The position numbers and the translations under genes were made by a program. From Candidatus Avilachnospira avistercoris (lineage in GTDB: Bacteria; Bacillota; Clostridia; Lachnospirales; Lachnospiraceae), in assembly GCA_018714145.1 (NCBI GenBank), contig DVNS01000130.1:1-62239 (forward strand): a stretch of DNA of 62,239 nt, in the 5' to 3' direction. The notes under the pieces are model-generated. The model was given only the letters and a program-made list of their open reading frames with translations, ran no database searches and was not told the DNA's origin. How positions within the stretch are numbered: position 1 is the first letter of the stretch; each line of letters begins with the position of its first letter. Positions 40,674 to 49,218 of the stretch are shown here, piece after piece.

Positions 40674-41429
40674 ATGAAAAAAAACAGTTCAGACAATAGG
40701 ATACGAAGGTGGCTCATCATCCTTTTTTGGATGGCTATATGGGAGATAGCAGCGAGGCTTACGGACAACAGCATCATCCTTGTGGGCCCCATAGACACCC
40801 TGAGGGAGCTTTGGAGGCTTTCAGGTGACCTTGGCTTCTGGCTTTCGGTGCTAAATAGTCTGCTGCGCATAGCCTCAGGCTTTCTCCTGTCCTCGGCCTT
40901 GGCCTTTTTGCTTGGGACGATAGCCTATTTTAAGCCCATACTCAGGGAGCTTATGTCTCCAGTGATAGCCCTTATGAAGGCGGTGCCGGTGGCCTCCTTT
41001 GTGATACTTGCCCTTATATGGCTTGGCGGAAGCAGGGAGCTCAGCATAGTCGTGTCATTTATCGTGGCCTTTCCGATGATATGGGAGGCGGTGATATCAG
41101 GGCTTTCAACAAGCGACAGACAGCTTCTGGAGGTCTCAAGAACATACGAAATGGGATTTTTCCGAAGCCTGAGATATATATATCTTCCTGCCTTGCTTCC
41201 GTATCTTTCGACCTCCCTTTCTTCGGTCATCGGCATGGCCTTTAAATCAGGGGTGGCGGCGGAACTCATTGGCCAGCCCACCGGGACCATAGGATTTTAC
41301 CTGTATCAGTCCAAGGTGTTTTTGGACACGGCAGGGGTATTTGCATGGAGCCTTATGGTGATAATGATGTCCTATATCTGTGAGCAGATATTAAAGGCAG
41401 TATTTAAAACAGCTTCAAAGCGGATATGA
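40674..41429 (+). CDS. ABC transporter permease (NitT/TauT family)
   Basis: Six-TM BPD-type permease with an EAA-like loop. ATG 40674 preferred over TTG 40662. Confidence 0.85.
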   Translation: MKKNSSDNRIRRWLIILFWMAIWEIAARLTDNSIILVGPIDTLRELWRLSGDLGFWLSVLNSLLRIASGFLLSSALAFLLGTIAYFKPILRELMSPVIALMKAVPVASFVILALIWLGGSRELSIVVSFIVAFPMIWEAVISGLSTSDRQLLEVSRTYEMGFFRSLRYIYLPALLPYLSTSLSSVIGMAFKSGVAAELIGQPTGTIGFYLYQSKVFLDTAGVFAWSLMVIMMSYICEQILKAVFKTASKRI

Positions 41430-41457
41430 GAAGGGGTTTAAAGCAGGAGAGTTTTTA

Positions 41458-42033
41458 ATGATAGAGATAAAGGACCTGTATAAAAGCTATGGGGATAAGG
41501 CTGTGCTTAAGGGCTTTTCCGCCCTCTTTAAGGACGGAGGAAGATATGCCCTGATGGGAAAGAGCGGCATAGGTAAGACCACGCTCTTTAGGCTGATACT
41601 TGGCCTTGAACAGCAGGACGGCGGAAGCATGGAATTTTCGGGAAGGACTGAGCCTTCATTTTCAGTGGTGTTTCAGGAGGACAGGCTGTTTGAAAAGTGC
41701 GATGCCATAACCAATATATGTGCCGCGACCAAGGGCCTTTCCAAAAATGAGGCAAAGGAGGCCCTTCGATATATTGCTTCGGATATAGATGAAAGGATTC
41801 CCTGCAGGAGCCTTAGCGGAGGACAGAAGCGGCGTGTGGCCGTGATAAGGGCTCTTCTTCATCCCTCGGATATAGTCATCATGGATGAGCCCTTTTCAGG
41901 CCTCGACAAGGAGGCGAGGAGACTGACTGCTGAGTTTATAGATAAAAGGCTTCAGGGCAGGACCCTCCTTATCTCTACCCATGACAGGGAGGAGGCAGAG
42001 CTTCTTTCCTGTGAGCTCATGTTTTTGCCTTAA
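41458..42033 (+). CDS. ABC transporter ATP-binding protein (minimal, 191 aa)
   Basis: Walker A GKSGIGKTT, Q-loop VFQED, signature LSGGQKRR, Walker B IVIMDEPFSGLD and H-loop STHD. No C-terminal regulatory domain. Confidence 0.88.
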   Translation: MIEIKDLYKSYGDKAVLKGFSALFKDGGRYALMGKSGIGKTTLFRLILGLEQQDGGSMEFSGRTEPSFSVVFQEDRLFEKCDAITNICAATKGLSKNEAKEALRYIASDIDERIPCRSLSGGQKRRVAVIRALLHPSDIVIMDEPFSGLDKEARRLTAEFIDKRLQGRTLLISTHDREEAELLSCELMFLP

Positions 42034-42127
42034 ATGATTATAATATCTTAACAGCATAGTCTGCCCTGTGGAAAAGGCAATGACTGGCTATGACAAATAT
42101 AATAGCAGGGAGATATGGCTTTTTGGA

Positions 42128-42156
42128 TTGACTAAAAGAGTTTAAAGTGTTAAAGT
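42128..42156 (+). promoter_or_regulatory. candidate extended -10 promoter for the yerC-like gene
   Basis: TTGACT, 17 nt spacer, TAAAGT, preceded by TGt (a TGn extended -10). Confidence 0.5.
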
Positions 42157-42208
42157 CAAATTGATTTAGTATTTTAAAGTTTTAAAGCTGAGATACAGAG
42201 GTAAAGAA

Positions 42209-42514
42209 ATGAATTCAAAGACCCGTACTGAAGAGACAGATCATCTTTTTGATGCCATACTTAAGCTTAAGGACAGGGATGAGTGCTACAGATTCTTTTC
42301 CGATGTCTGTACCATAAAGGAGCTCATGGCCATGTCCCAGCGCTTTGAAGTAGCCCTCATGCTCAATCAGGGGATGACCTATCTGGATATCGCAGAAAAG
42401 ACAGGAGCTTCCACCGCCACCATAAGCAGGGTCAACAGATCCCTTACCTATGGAGAAGACGGATATAAGCTGGCCTTTTCAAGACTTGGCATAAAGGAAG
42501 GGGAGGGGCTTTAA
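42209..42514 (+). CDS. TrpR-like YerC/YecD-family protein
   Basis: 101 aa. MSQRFEVALMLNQGMTYLDIAEKTGASTATISRVNRSL is the YerC/YecD Trp-repressor-like HTH. Confidence 0.85.
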   Translation: MNSKTRTEETDHLFDAILKLKDRDECYRFFSDVCTIKELMAMSQRFEVALMLNQGMTYLDIAEKTGASTATISRVNRSLTYGEDGYKLAFSRLGIKEGEGL

Positions 42515-44034
42515 GCCTCTGCCTCCTCCTGTTCCATATCCATATCATCGTATGCCTCAGGGACTTCACCCACGCCTAAAAGCTTCTTTGCTTCCGAAGG
42601 CTCAAGCTCTTCCACCCGGGAGAGCTTTTTATTTATGATATCGGTGCGCTTCTGAAGGTCCAAGGTGGCCTTGCCTGCAAGCTCTATACGGTTCTGAGCC
42701 GTGCCTATGAGCTTTGAAAGGATGCCATACTGGGATTTAATGGCTGAAAGCAGCTTGAGGATGTTTTTGGAATCCCTGTTTACTGCCATATACCTGAAGC
42801 CTATGTTGAGGGAGCTCAAGAGGGCGCTTATGGTAGATGGACCGGTGATGACTATATGGTTCTTCCGCTGACACTCCTCTGAAAGCCCGGGTATGCGCAG
42901 CACCTCGGCGTAGAGGGATTCGGTGGGAAGGAAGAGAATGGCAAAGTCAGTGGTATTGGGAGGGTCGATATACTTATCTTCTATACCCTTTGCCTCTCTT
43001 TTTATAAACTGCTCCAGCTCCTTTACTGCCTGTGAAAGGCCGTCCGTATCTGCAGCCTCTGACGAGGCCCTGATGCGCTCATATATATCCCCCGGGAATT
43101 TGGAGTCTATGGGCAGATAAAGGAATTCGCCGGTGGCCTCCTTATCTGGTATCTTGACGGCAAACTCTACCACGTCCCTGTTTCCGGGGGCGCTTTTTTT
43201 GGTTACTACGTTTTTATCATAAAGATTTTGAGGGAGTATGTCCGCAAGGATATTTTCAAGCTGGGTCTCACCAAATATGCCCCTTGTCTTTACATTGGAA
43301 AGGGTACGGTTGAGATTTGTGACCCCGTCCTCCAAGCGGCTGAGCTCTCCAAGGGAGGTGTAGAGCTTATTAAGCTGCTCGCCCACGGTCTTGAAGGAGG
43401 CATCGAGCCTTTCATTAAGGGAGGTGTCAAGCTTCTTGTTGATCTCGCCCTGTATCTCCGAGAGCTTTTCCCTATTGCTTTCGCTGAGTTCTGAAAGGGA
43501 GCCCTTGAGGGTGGTCTGCATCTTTTCCTGATATTCGGAGAGCCGTGTCTGCTGGGCCTCGGAAAGCTCAGAAAGCTTTCTGTTCTGAAGCTCGGACATC
43601 TGGGAGAGCTTTTCGTTCTGGGCTTCGGATATATCCCTCAGCTTCCGGTTAAGTCCCTCGGAAAGCTCAGAGAGCCTTCTCTGCTGAGTCTCAAGGAGCC
43701 TGTCCAAGGACTGGCGCTGAAGCTCGGAGCTGCGGCTTAAGGAGTCGGATATCTCGATACGGTTCTGGCGATTTTCCTCTGAATCATGCTTGAGGCGTCT
43801 GTCTATATCAAGGCGTATCTCTCCCACCCGCTGGGGCACGGTCTCGCTGAGCTCCCTCTTGAGCCTGTCCATGTCATCTAGGACCTCTTCAAGCTTTTCT
43901 GCCTCCTCCTTGTCGGAAAGGAGCCTAAGAAGCTCGGATCTGGCTCTTACGAGCATGACTATGAGCGCTGCGCAAAGCAGCACTACTAAAAGTATAAGTA
44001 TGTATAAGGCTATCATTTCATTCTGCATGTTCAT
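42511..44034 (-). CDS. rmuC: DNA recombination protein RmuC
   Basis: N-terminal TM segment, a long coiled coil with LSELSE-type repeats, and a C-terminal RmuC nuclease-like domain. It is the only minus-strand gene in the window. Confidence 0.88.
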   Translation of the reverse strand: MNMQNEMIALYILILLVVLLCAALIVMLVRARSELLRLLSDKEEAEKLEEVLDDMDRLKRELSETVPQRVGEIRLDIDRRLKHDSEENRQNRIEISDSLSRSSELQRQSLDRLLETQQRRLSELSEGLNRKLRDISEAQNEKLSQMSELQNRKLSELSEAQQTRLSEYQEKMQTTLKGSLSELSESNREKLSEIQGEINKKLDTSLNERLDASFKTVGEQLNKLYTSLGELSRLEDGVTNLNRTLSNVKTRGIFGETQLENILADILPQNLYDKNVVTKKSAPGNRDVVEFAVKIPDKEATGEFLYLPIDSKFPGDIYERIRASSEAADTDGLSQAVKELEQFIKREAKGIEDKYIDPPNTTDFAILFLPTESLYAEVLRIPGLSEECQRKNHIVITGPSTISALLSSLNIGFRYMAVNRDSKNILKLLSAIKSQYGILSKLIGTAQNRIELAGKATLDLQKRTDIINKKLSRVEELEPSEAKKLLGVGEVPEAYDDMDMEQEEAEA

Positions 44035-44109
44035 AAGTATAGCATAAATCGGACGAATATGTTAAACTGATTTGAATTGGCTTAAAGCATCCATAAAAAG
44101 GAGAATGAT

Positions 44110-45900
44110 ATGGCACTGTCACCTGAAGAAAGAAGGCAGAGATTTCAGGAAGCAAAAAGGCGCAGGGAGGCTGAGATAATGAGGGGCTCCGCTGCAAAGA
44201 GGGATATGAGCAGGGGAGAGACTGAGGGAAGAAGGCGATCCTCATCAGAGCTGTCATGGAGCTTGGATGGAGACAGAAGCTCTGATGGGACTTCAAGGAG
44301 CCGCTTGAGAAGCGGTACCGGCAGAAGCTCAGCCCCTTCCCCGGGACGGAGCTCTGCTTCCGGCACAAGAAGCAGCTCGAGAAGGCGCAGCAGTGAGGCT
44401 GAGATAGATATAAGCGGTGAGCGTTTCCTTGCGGAAAGACGGGCCAAGGAGCGCAGGCTTCGGGCGGAGCAGCGAAGGAAAAGGGTGAGGAGACAGCGCA
44501 TAGCTGCCATAGTCATTGCTGTCATCGCAGTCATTGTGCTCATATTTGCCGTATGGGCCCTGAGGGGCATATTTGCAGGCAGAAACGACGGTGCTTCAGA
44601 GACCGGAGCCTCGCAGACTATGGAGGGACAGAGCGGAGGAACTGATACCGAGGTCCAAGTACCGGAGACGGAGAGCGGTCCGGATGAGCGGGAGCTTACT
44701 ATCTCCGAGGCAGAGCGTTTGGCCATGATGTATGATTATGATGGGGCCATAGAGCTGCTGTCGGCCCTTCCCGGAGCGGCGGAGGACAGTGAGATAGCCG
44801 CACTTATATCGGGATACGAGGAGACCAAGGCTGGTCTTGTGAGACAGGACATCAATACCATCACCCATGTATTCTTTCACAGCCTGATAGTTGACCCGGA
44901 AAATGCCCTTGATAAGGAGCGCTGGGGAACTCAGGCCGATGGCTATAATTCGGTCATGACTACCATCTCGGAATTTGAAAAGATGCTGGATGAGTTTTAC
45001 CGGGACGGCTTCGTGCTGGTAGGACTTCATGATATGGCCCATATAGAGACCACTGCAGACGGCGAGGAGGTCATGGTAGAGGGAGATATCATGCTCCCCG
45101 AGGGCAAGAAGCCCATGGTCATGTCTCAGGATGATGTCTGCTACTATGAGTATATGGAGGGGGCCGGCTTTGCGGACCGCATACTCATAGGTGAGGACGG
45201 AAAGACCACCTGTCATTATGTGGACGAAGAGGGCAATGAGCACTACGGAGAATATGATCTGGTGCCCATACTCAACCGCTTCGTGGAGGAGCATCCGGAC
45301 TTTTCATACAAGGGAGCCAAGGCCTGTCTTGCATTTACTGGCTATAACGGCATACTTGGCTACAGGACAGACGAGACCTATGACCCCAACTCGGATATGT
45401 ATGACCCTGAGAAGGAGGCCAACTACAATATAGAAGAGGACAGGCAGATCGCTAGGGAGGTGGCAGAGGCTCTCAAGGCAGAGGGCTATGAGCTGGCTTC
45501 CCACAGCTGGGGCCACAGAGATATGAGCCAGCGCAGCCTTGAGGATGTGAAGAAGGATGCGGACAGGTGGGAGAAAAATGTCAATCAGGAGCTTCTTTCA
45601 GGCACCTGTGACATCATCCTCTATCCCTTCGGCTCGGATGTGGGAGACTGGCACGCCTATACCCATGAAAATCAGAAATTTGATTATCTCTGGGATCTGG
45701 GCTTCAGATACTTCTGCGGAGTGGATTCCAGCCAGTACTGGGTACAGGTCGGTAAGGACTATCTCAGGCAGGGACGCCGCAATCTTGACGGATATATGAT
45801 GTGGATGGATCTCTCCGGTCAGAGGGACAAGCTTTCAGACCTGTTTGATGATGTGGGAGCCATATTTGACCCTGCAAGGCCCACACCGGTCACGCAGTAA
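44110..45900 (+). CDS. polysaccharide deacetylase-family membrane-anchored protein with Arg/Ser-rich cytoplasmic N-terminus
   Basis: About 135-aa R/S/E-rich region, one TM segment (IAAIVIAVIAVIVLIFAV), and an extracytoplasmic domain with SQDD and HSWGH NodB-like motifs. Confidence 0.7.
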   Translation: MALSPEERRQRFQEAKRRREAEIMRGSAAKRDMSRGETEGRRRSSSELSWSLDGDRSSDGTSRSRLRSGTGRSSAPSPGRSSASGTRSSSRRRSSEAEIDISGERFLAERRAKERRLRAEQRRKRVRRQRIAAIVIAVIAVIVLIFAVWALRGIFAGRNDGASETGASQTMEGQSGGTDTEVQVPETESGPDERELTISEAERLAMMYDYDGAIELLSALPGAAEDSEIAALISGYEETKAGLVRQDINTITHVFFHSLIVDPENALDKERWGTQADGYNSVMTTISEFEKMLDEFYRDGFVLVGLHDMAHIETTADGEEVMVEGDIMLPEGKKPMVMSQDDVCYYEYMEGAGFADRILIGEDGKTTCHYVDEEGNEHYGEYDLVPILNRFVEEHPDFSYKGAKACLAFTGYNGILGYRTDETYDPNSDMYDPEKEANYNIEEDRQIAREVAEALKAEGYELASHSWGHRDMSQRSLEDVKKDADRWEKNVNQELLSGTCDIILYPFGSDVGDWHAYTHENQKFDYLWDLGFRYFCGVDSSQYWVQVGKDYLRQGRRNLDGYMMWMDLSGQRDKLSDLFDDVGAIFDPARPTPVTQ

Positions 45901-45933
45901 TGAAAGAAAGCAGATAAGGAAGGCAGATAGCTT

Positions 45934-46554
45934 ATGATAAGCTTTATACATGGGACGCTGGTGGAAAAGGATGAGGGCTATATAGTAGTGGAGGCAGGAG
46001 GTGTGGGCTACGGCATCAATGTGCCCCTCTCGGTGCTTTCCCAGCTTCCGCCTGAGGGCGAGGAGCTGAGGATATATACCCATTATTCCGTAAGGGAGGA
46101 CGGACAGTCCCTGTACGGCTTTCTGTTCAGGGAGGACAGGGAGATGTTCAGGCGCCTGATATCCGTAAACGGAGTAGGACCCAAGGGAGCCCTTTCCATA
46201 CTTTCGGTATTGGGACCTGATGACCTGAGGCTTGCCATAGTGACCGGCGATGCCAAGTCCATCAGCCGGGCCCCCGGCATAGGACAAAAGACTGCCCAGA
46301 GAGTCATACTCGACCTGAAGGATAAGATAGGCAATGATATCCTGCTCAGAAGGTCCGATGATATGGGCAGTGAGGCAGGCCTTTCCGTAAGCGGGGCAGC
46401 AGCCGGCAGTGCCATGTCCGAGGCCATAGATGCCCTGACTGTCCTTGGATATACGAGGATAGAGGCTGCGAGAGCCGTACGAAGGGCGGATGTATCGGAG
46501 GATGCCGGTACCGAGGAGATACTGAAGCAGGCCCTAAGGGTCATAAACAGATAG
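45934..46554 (+). CDS. ruvA: Holliday junction branch migration complex subunit RuvA
   Basis: MISFIHGTL N-terminus, HhH pair (VNGVGPK, APGIGQKTA), and C-terminal domain III. Confidence 0.95.
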   Translation: MISFIHGTLVEKDEGYIVVEAGGVGYGINVPLSVLSQLPPEGEELRIYTHYSVREDGQSLYGFLFREDREMFRRLISVNGVGPKGALSILSVLGPDDLRLAIVTGDAKSISRAPGIGQKTAQRVILDLKDKIGNDILLRRSDDMGSEAGLSVSGAAAGSAMSEAIDALTVLGYTRIEAARAVRRADVSEDAGTEEILKQALRVINR

Positions 46555-46558
46555 GCCT

Positions 46559-47611
46559 ATGTGGAAGGGATATAAGAGATTTCTGGCCCTCATACCCATG
46601 GTCCTCCTCATAGTGCTGATGCAGTTTTCAGTAAGCCGAAGGCAGAGCGAGACCAAAAGTACGGAGCCCATAAGCATCGATAGATTTCTTTTGGATACCT
46701 ACTGTACCATAAGCATCTATGAGGGAGGGGATGAAGAAGACCTTCAGTATGCGGCTGAGCTCCTTTCGCGCTTTGACAGCCTGTTTTCACCGCAGGGAAA
46801 GGATTCGGATATCAGGCGCATCAATGAAGGAGGTCTGCGAACTCCCATAGACAGGGAGACTGCGGGGCTGTTTTCCAGCATAAGCTCTGTATATGAAAGC
46901 GCCGGGGGAGATCTGGAGCTTACCATAGAGCCTCTGAGTTCCCTCTGGGATATCAAGGAACGAAAGCTTCCTCCATCAGAGGAGGAGGTTGAAGATGCGA
47001 GGGAAAAGCTCGGATATATGAAATGGCATATAGAGGGCGATGAGGAAAGGGGCTATGAGCTTATAAAGGAAGCTGAGGACCTTCGTTTTGATGTGGGAGC
47101 CGTGGCCAAGGGCTATATAGCTGACCGCATAAAGGAGGAGCTTTTGGATAGGGGAGTAAGCTCAGCCATCATAAATCTTGGCGGCAATGTGCTCTGCATA
47201 GGAGGGGAGCCCTCGGGAGAGCCCTTTTATGTGGGCATAAGGGAGCCTGCAAAGGAGGCTTCAGAGTGGCTTTTCAAGATAGAGGCAGAGGATATATCGG
47301 TGGTGACGGCAGGAATATATGAGAGATATTTTGAATACGGCGGCCGCATCTACCACCATATACTTGACCCCAAGACCGGATACCCTTCAGACGGTGAGCT
47401 TGCCTCGGTGACGGTGACCGGAGAAAGCTCTGCCCTTTGTGATGCCCTTGCCACCACCCTTTTTGTAAAGGGGAGGGAGGAAGGCCTTTCATACCTGAGA
47501 GAGTACAATGAAAGCTATGGGGCATCATATACGGCATATTTTATAGACAGGGATATGAATGTTACCTGCTCTGATGAGGAGCTTGAAAAAAGGATAGAAA
47601 CGAACGGATGA
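46559..47611 (+). CDS. apbE: FAD:protein FMN transferase (ApbE family), membrane-anchored
   Basis: N-terminal TM anchor. ApbE-family motifs (GAVAKGY, NLGGN, HHILDPKTG, DALATTLF). Confidence 0.88.
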   Translation: MWKGYKRFLALIPMVLLIVLMQFSVSRRQSETKSTEPISIDRFLLDTYCTISIYEGGDEEDLQYAAELLSRFDSLFSPQGKDSDIRRINEGGLRTPIDRETAGLFSSISSVYESAGGDLELTIEPLSSLWDIKERKLPPSEEEVEDAREKLGYMKWHIEGDEERGYELIKEAEDLRFDVGAVAKGYIADRIKEELLDRGVSSAIINLGGNVLCIGGEPSGEPFYVGIREPAKEASEWLFKIEAEDISVVTAGIYERYFEYGGRIYHHILDPKTGYPSDGELASVTVTGESSALCDALATTLFVKGREEGLSYLREYNESYGASYTAYFIDRDMNVTCSDEELEKRIETNG

Positions 47612-48762
47612 TAGTAAGGAGATATCCCATCGATGCTTGGGATGACAGCAGGCTTTCATATATAGGCCCGAAGGAAAGGCTCATTTTCTTTGATATAGAG
47701 ACTACCGGACTTAAGGCAGGAAGGGCGGAAGTTTATCTGATAGGAGCCCTCTGCCATGAGAAAGGGCGCTGGGAGCTTATCCAATGGTTTTCCGAGGAGC
47801 TTTCTGATGAGGAAAGGCTGCTTTCCGGGTTCTGTGAGCTGGTTGCCGCAAAGAAAAGGGAGCTTGGAAAGCCGCCGATACTTGTGAGCTATAACGGAGA
47901 CGGCTTTGACCTTCCGTTTTTATCGGGATGCCTCAGGGCATACGGACACTTTGATGTATTGAAGACTGCCCTTAGCTTCGACATATATAAGCACATAAGG
48001 TGGCTCAGGGGCATATTAGGACTTAGCGATATGAAGCTTAAGACCGTGGAGGGCTTCCTTTCCATAGGAAGGGAGGACAAGTATTCGGGAGGAGAGCTGA
48101 TATCTGTCTATCAGGACTACAGAAGTCTTAAGACCTCGGGAGGAGATGGCGCAGAAGGGGCAGAGGAGCTCCTTCGTATACTGCTCCTTCACAATGCTGA
48201 GGACATATCCTACCTTCCGAGGGTGGCGGAGGTCCTTTCCTATGAGGCCTTGTTTTCGGGAGGCTTCGAGCTTAGCTCAGCGGATATCGTGGAGCTTTCG
48301 GGCTCCAAGGTGCTTGACCTCAGGCTGAGGCTCGAACTTCCGCTGCCTAAGGAATTCATTTATGAGGAGGGACCCTATGCCGTCTCTGCCTCAGGAGCGG
48401 AGGGAGAGCTCCTCAATATCACGGCCGAGCTCTATAGCGGAGAGCTTAAGTATTTTTTTGCGGACTATAAAAATTATTATTACCTTCCGCTGGAGGACAG
48501 GGCCATACATAAGTCGGTGGGGGAATTCGTGGAGAAAAGCTCCAGACAGAGGGCAAAAAGGGAAAACTGCTATCAGTGTATGAGCGGCATATTCCTTCCT
48601 GAGCCTGAAAATGTCTTTGCACCGGTATACCACAGGTCCTACGGAGAAAAAAGCGGCTATGCCCTCTTTTCAGAGGAACTCCTTTCAGATAAAGAGGAGC
48701 TGCTTAGATATGCCAAAAGCATCATGGAGCATATCAAAGCCAATTTATCTGCAAAAAGATGA
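47608..48762 (+). CDS. RNase H-like/DEDDh exonuclease-domain protein (YprB/MrfB-like)
   Basis: LIFFDIETTGL, NGDGFDLPFL and HNAEDI motifs of a DnaQ-like 3'-5' exonuclease fold in the N-terminal half. Overall organisation resembles B. subtilis YprB. Confidence 0.7.
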   Translation: MIVRRYPIDAWDDSRLSYIGPKERLIFFDIETTGLKAGRAEVYLIGALCHEKGRWELIQWFSEELSDEERLLSGFCELVAAKKRELGKPPILVSYNGDGFDLPFLSGCLRAYGHFDVLKTALSFDIYKHIRWLRGILGLSDMKLKTVEGFLSIGREDKYSGGELISVYQDYRSLKTSGGDGAEGAEELLRILLLHNAEDISYLPRVAEVLSYEALFSGGFELSSADIVELSGSKVLDLRLRLELPLPKEFIYEEGPYAVSASGAEGELLNITAELYSGELKYFFADYKNYYYLPLEDRAIHKSVGEFVEKSSRQRAKRENCYQCMSGIFLPEPENVFAPVYHRSYGEKSGYALFSEELLSDKEELLRYAKSIMEHIKANLSAKR

Positions 48763-48767
48763 GGTAG

Positions 48768-49104
48768 TGTGGTATACTATCCTCACAAGGTGAGGATAAG
48801 GCTGCCCTGCAGCCTTCAGCGGCGTTGCCGCTGCTTATACTATTCGCAAGCAAAGCTTGCTCATACCACAGTCGGACGAAGTAAATACTCGCTTTGCTCG
48901 TGCTTCCTTCGTTTGCGACTGTGGTATACTATCCTCACAAGGTGAGGATAAGGCTGCCCTGCAGCCTTCAGCGTTCTCTGAACGCTGGTTATACTATTCG
49001 TAAGCAAAGCTTGCTCATACCACAGTCGGACGAAGTAAATACTCGCTTCGCTCGTGCTTCCTTCGTTTGCGACTGTGGTATACTATCTTCACAAGGTGAG
49101 GATA
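48768..49104 (+). repeat. tandem array of a ~153-nt structured unit (2 full copies plus a 31-nt third copy); candidate ncRNA array
   Basis: Units at 48768-48919, 48920-49073 and 49074-49104 (truncated). The two full copies are nearly identical apart from one replaced hairpin and 3 point changes. Each folds on paper into a multi-hairpin junction. Confidence 0.85.
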
Positions 49105-49218
49105 GAGCCGCTTTGCGGCGCAGCAGCGCGGGAGTGTGAAGCACGAAGCGCTGAATTGCAGCGTCATTGATTTAATAAATGACAGCGTCATTATAGTAGC
49201 TTCCATCAGGAGGTCATA

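Noticed and set aside
48768-49104. Could the tandem repeats be a CRISPR array?
   Set aside because: The period is 152-154 nt and the whole unit is repeated, so there is no alternation of short (25-40 nt) repeats with unique spacers. There are only 2.2 copies, and no cas genes are in the window.
48894-49206. ORFs 48894..49139 (+, 81 aa) and 49015..49206 (-, 63 aa) inside the repeat array
   Set aside because: They are built from repeat sequence and have no RBS. One has a non-ATG start. The peptide sequences are low-information. They are most likely by-products of the repeat.
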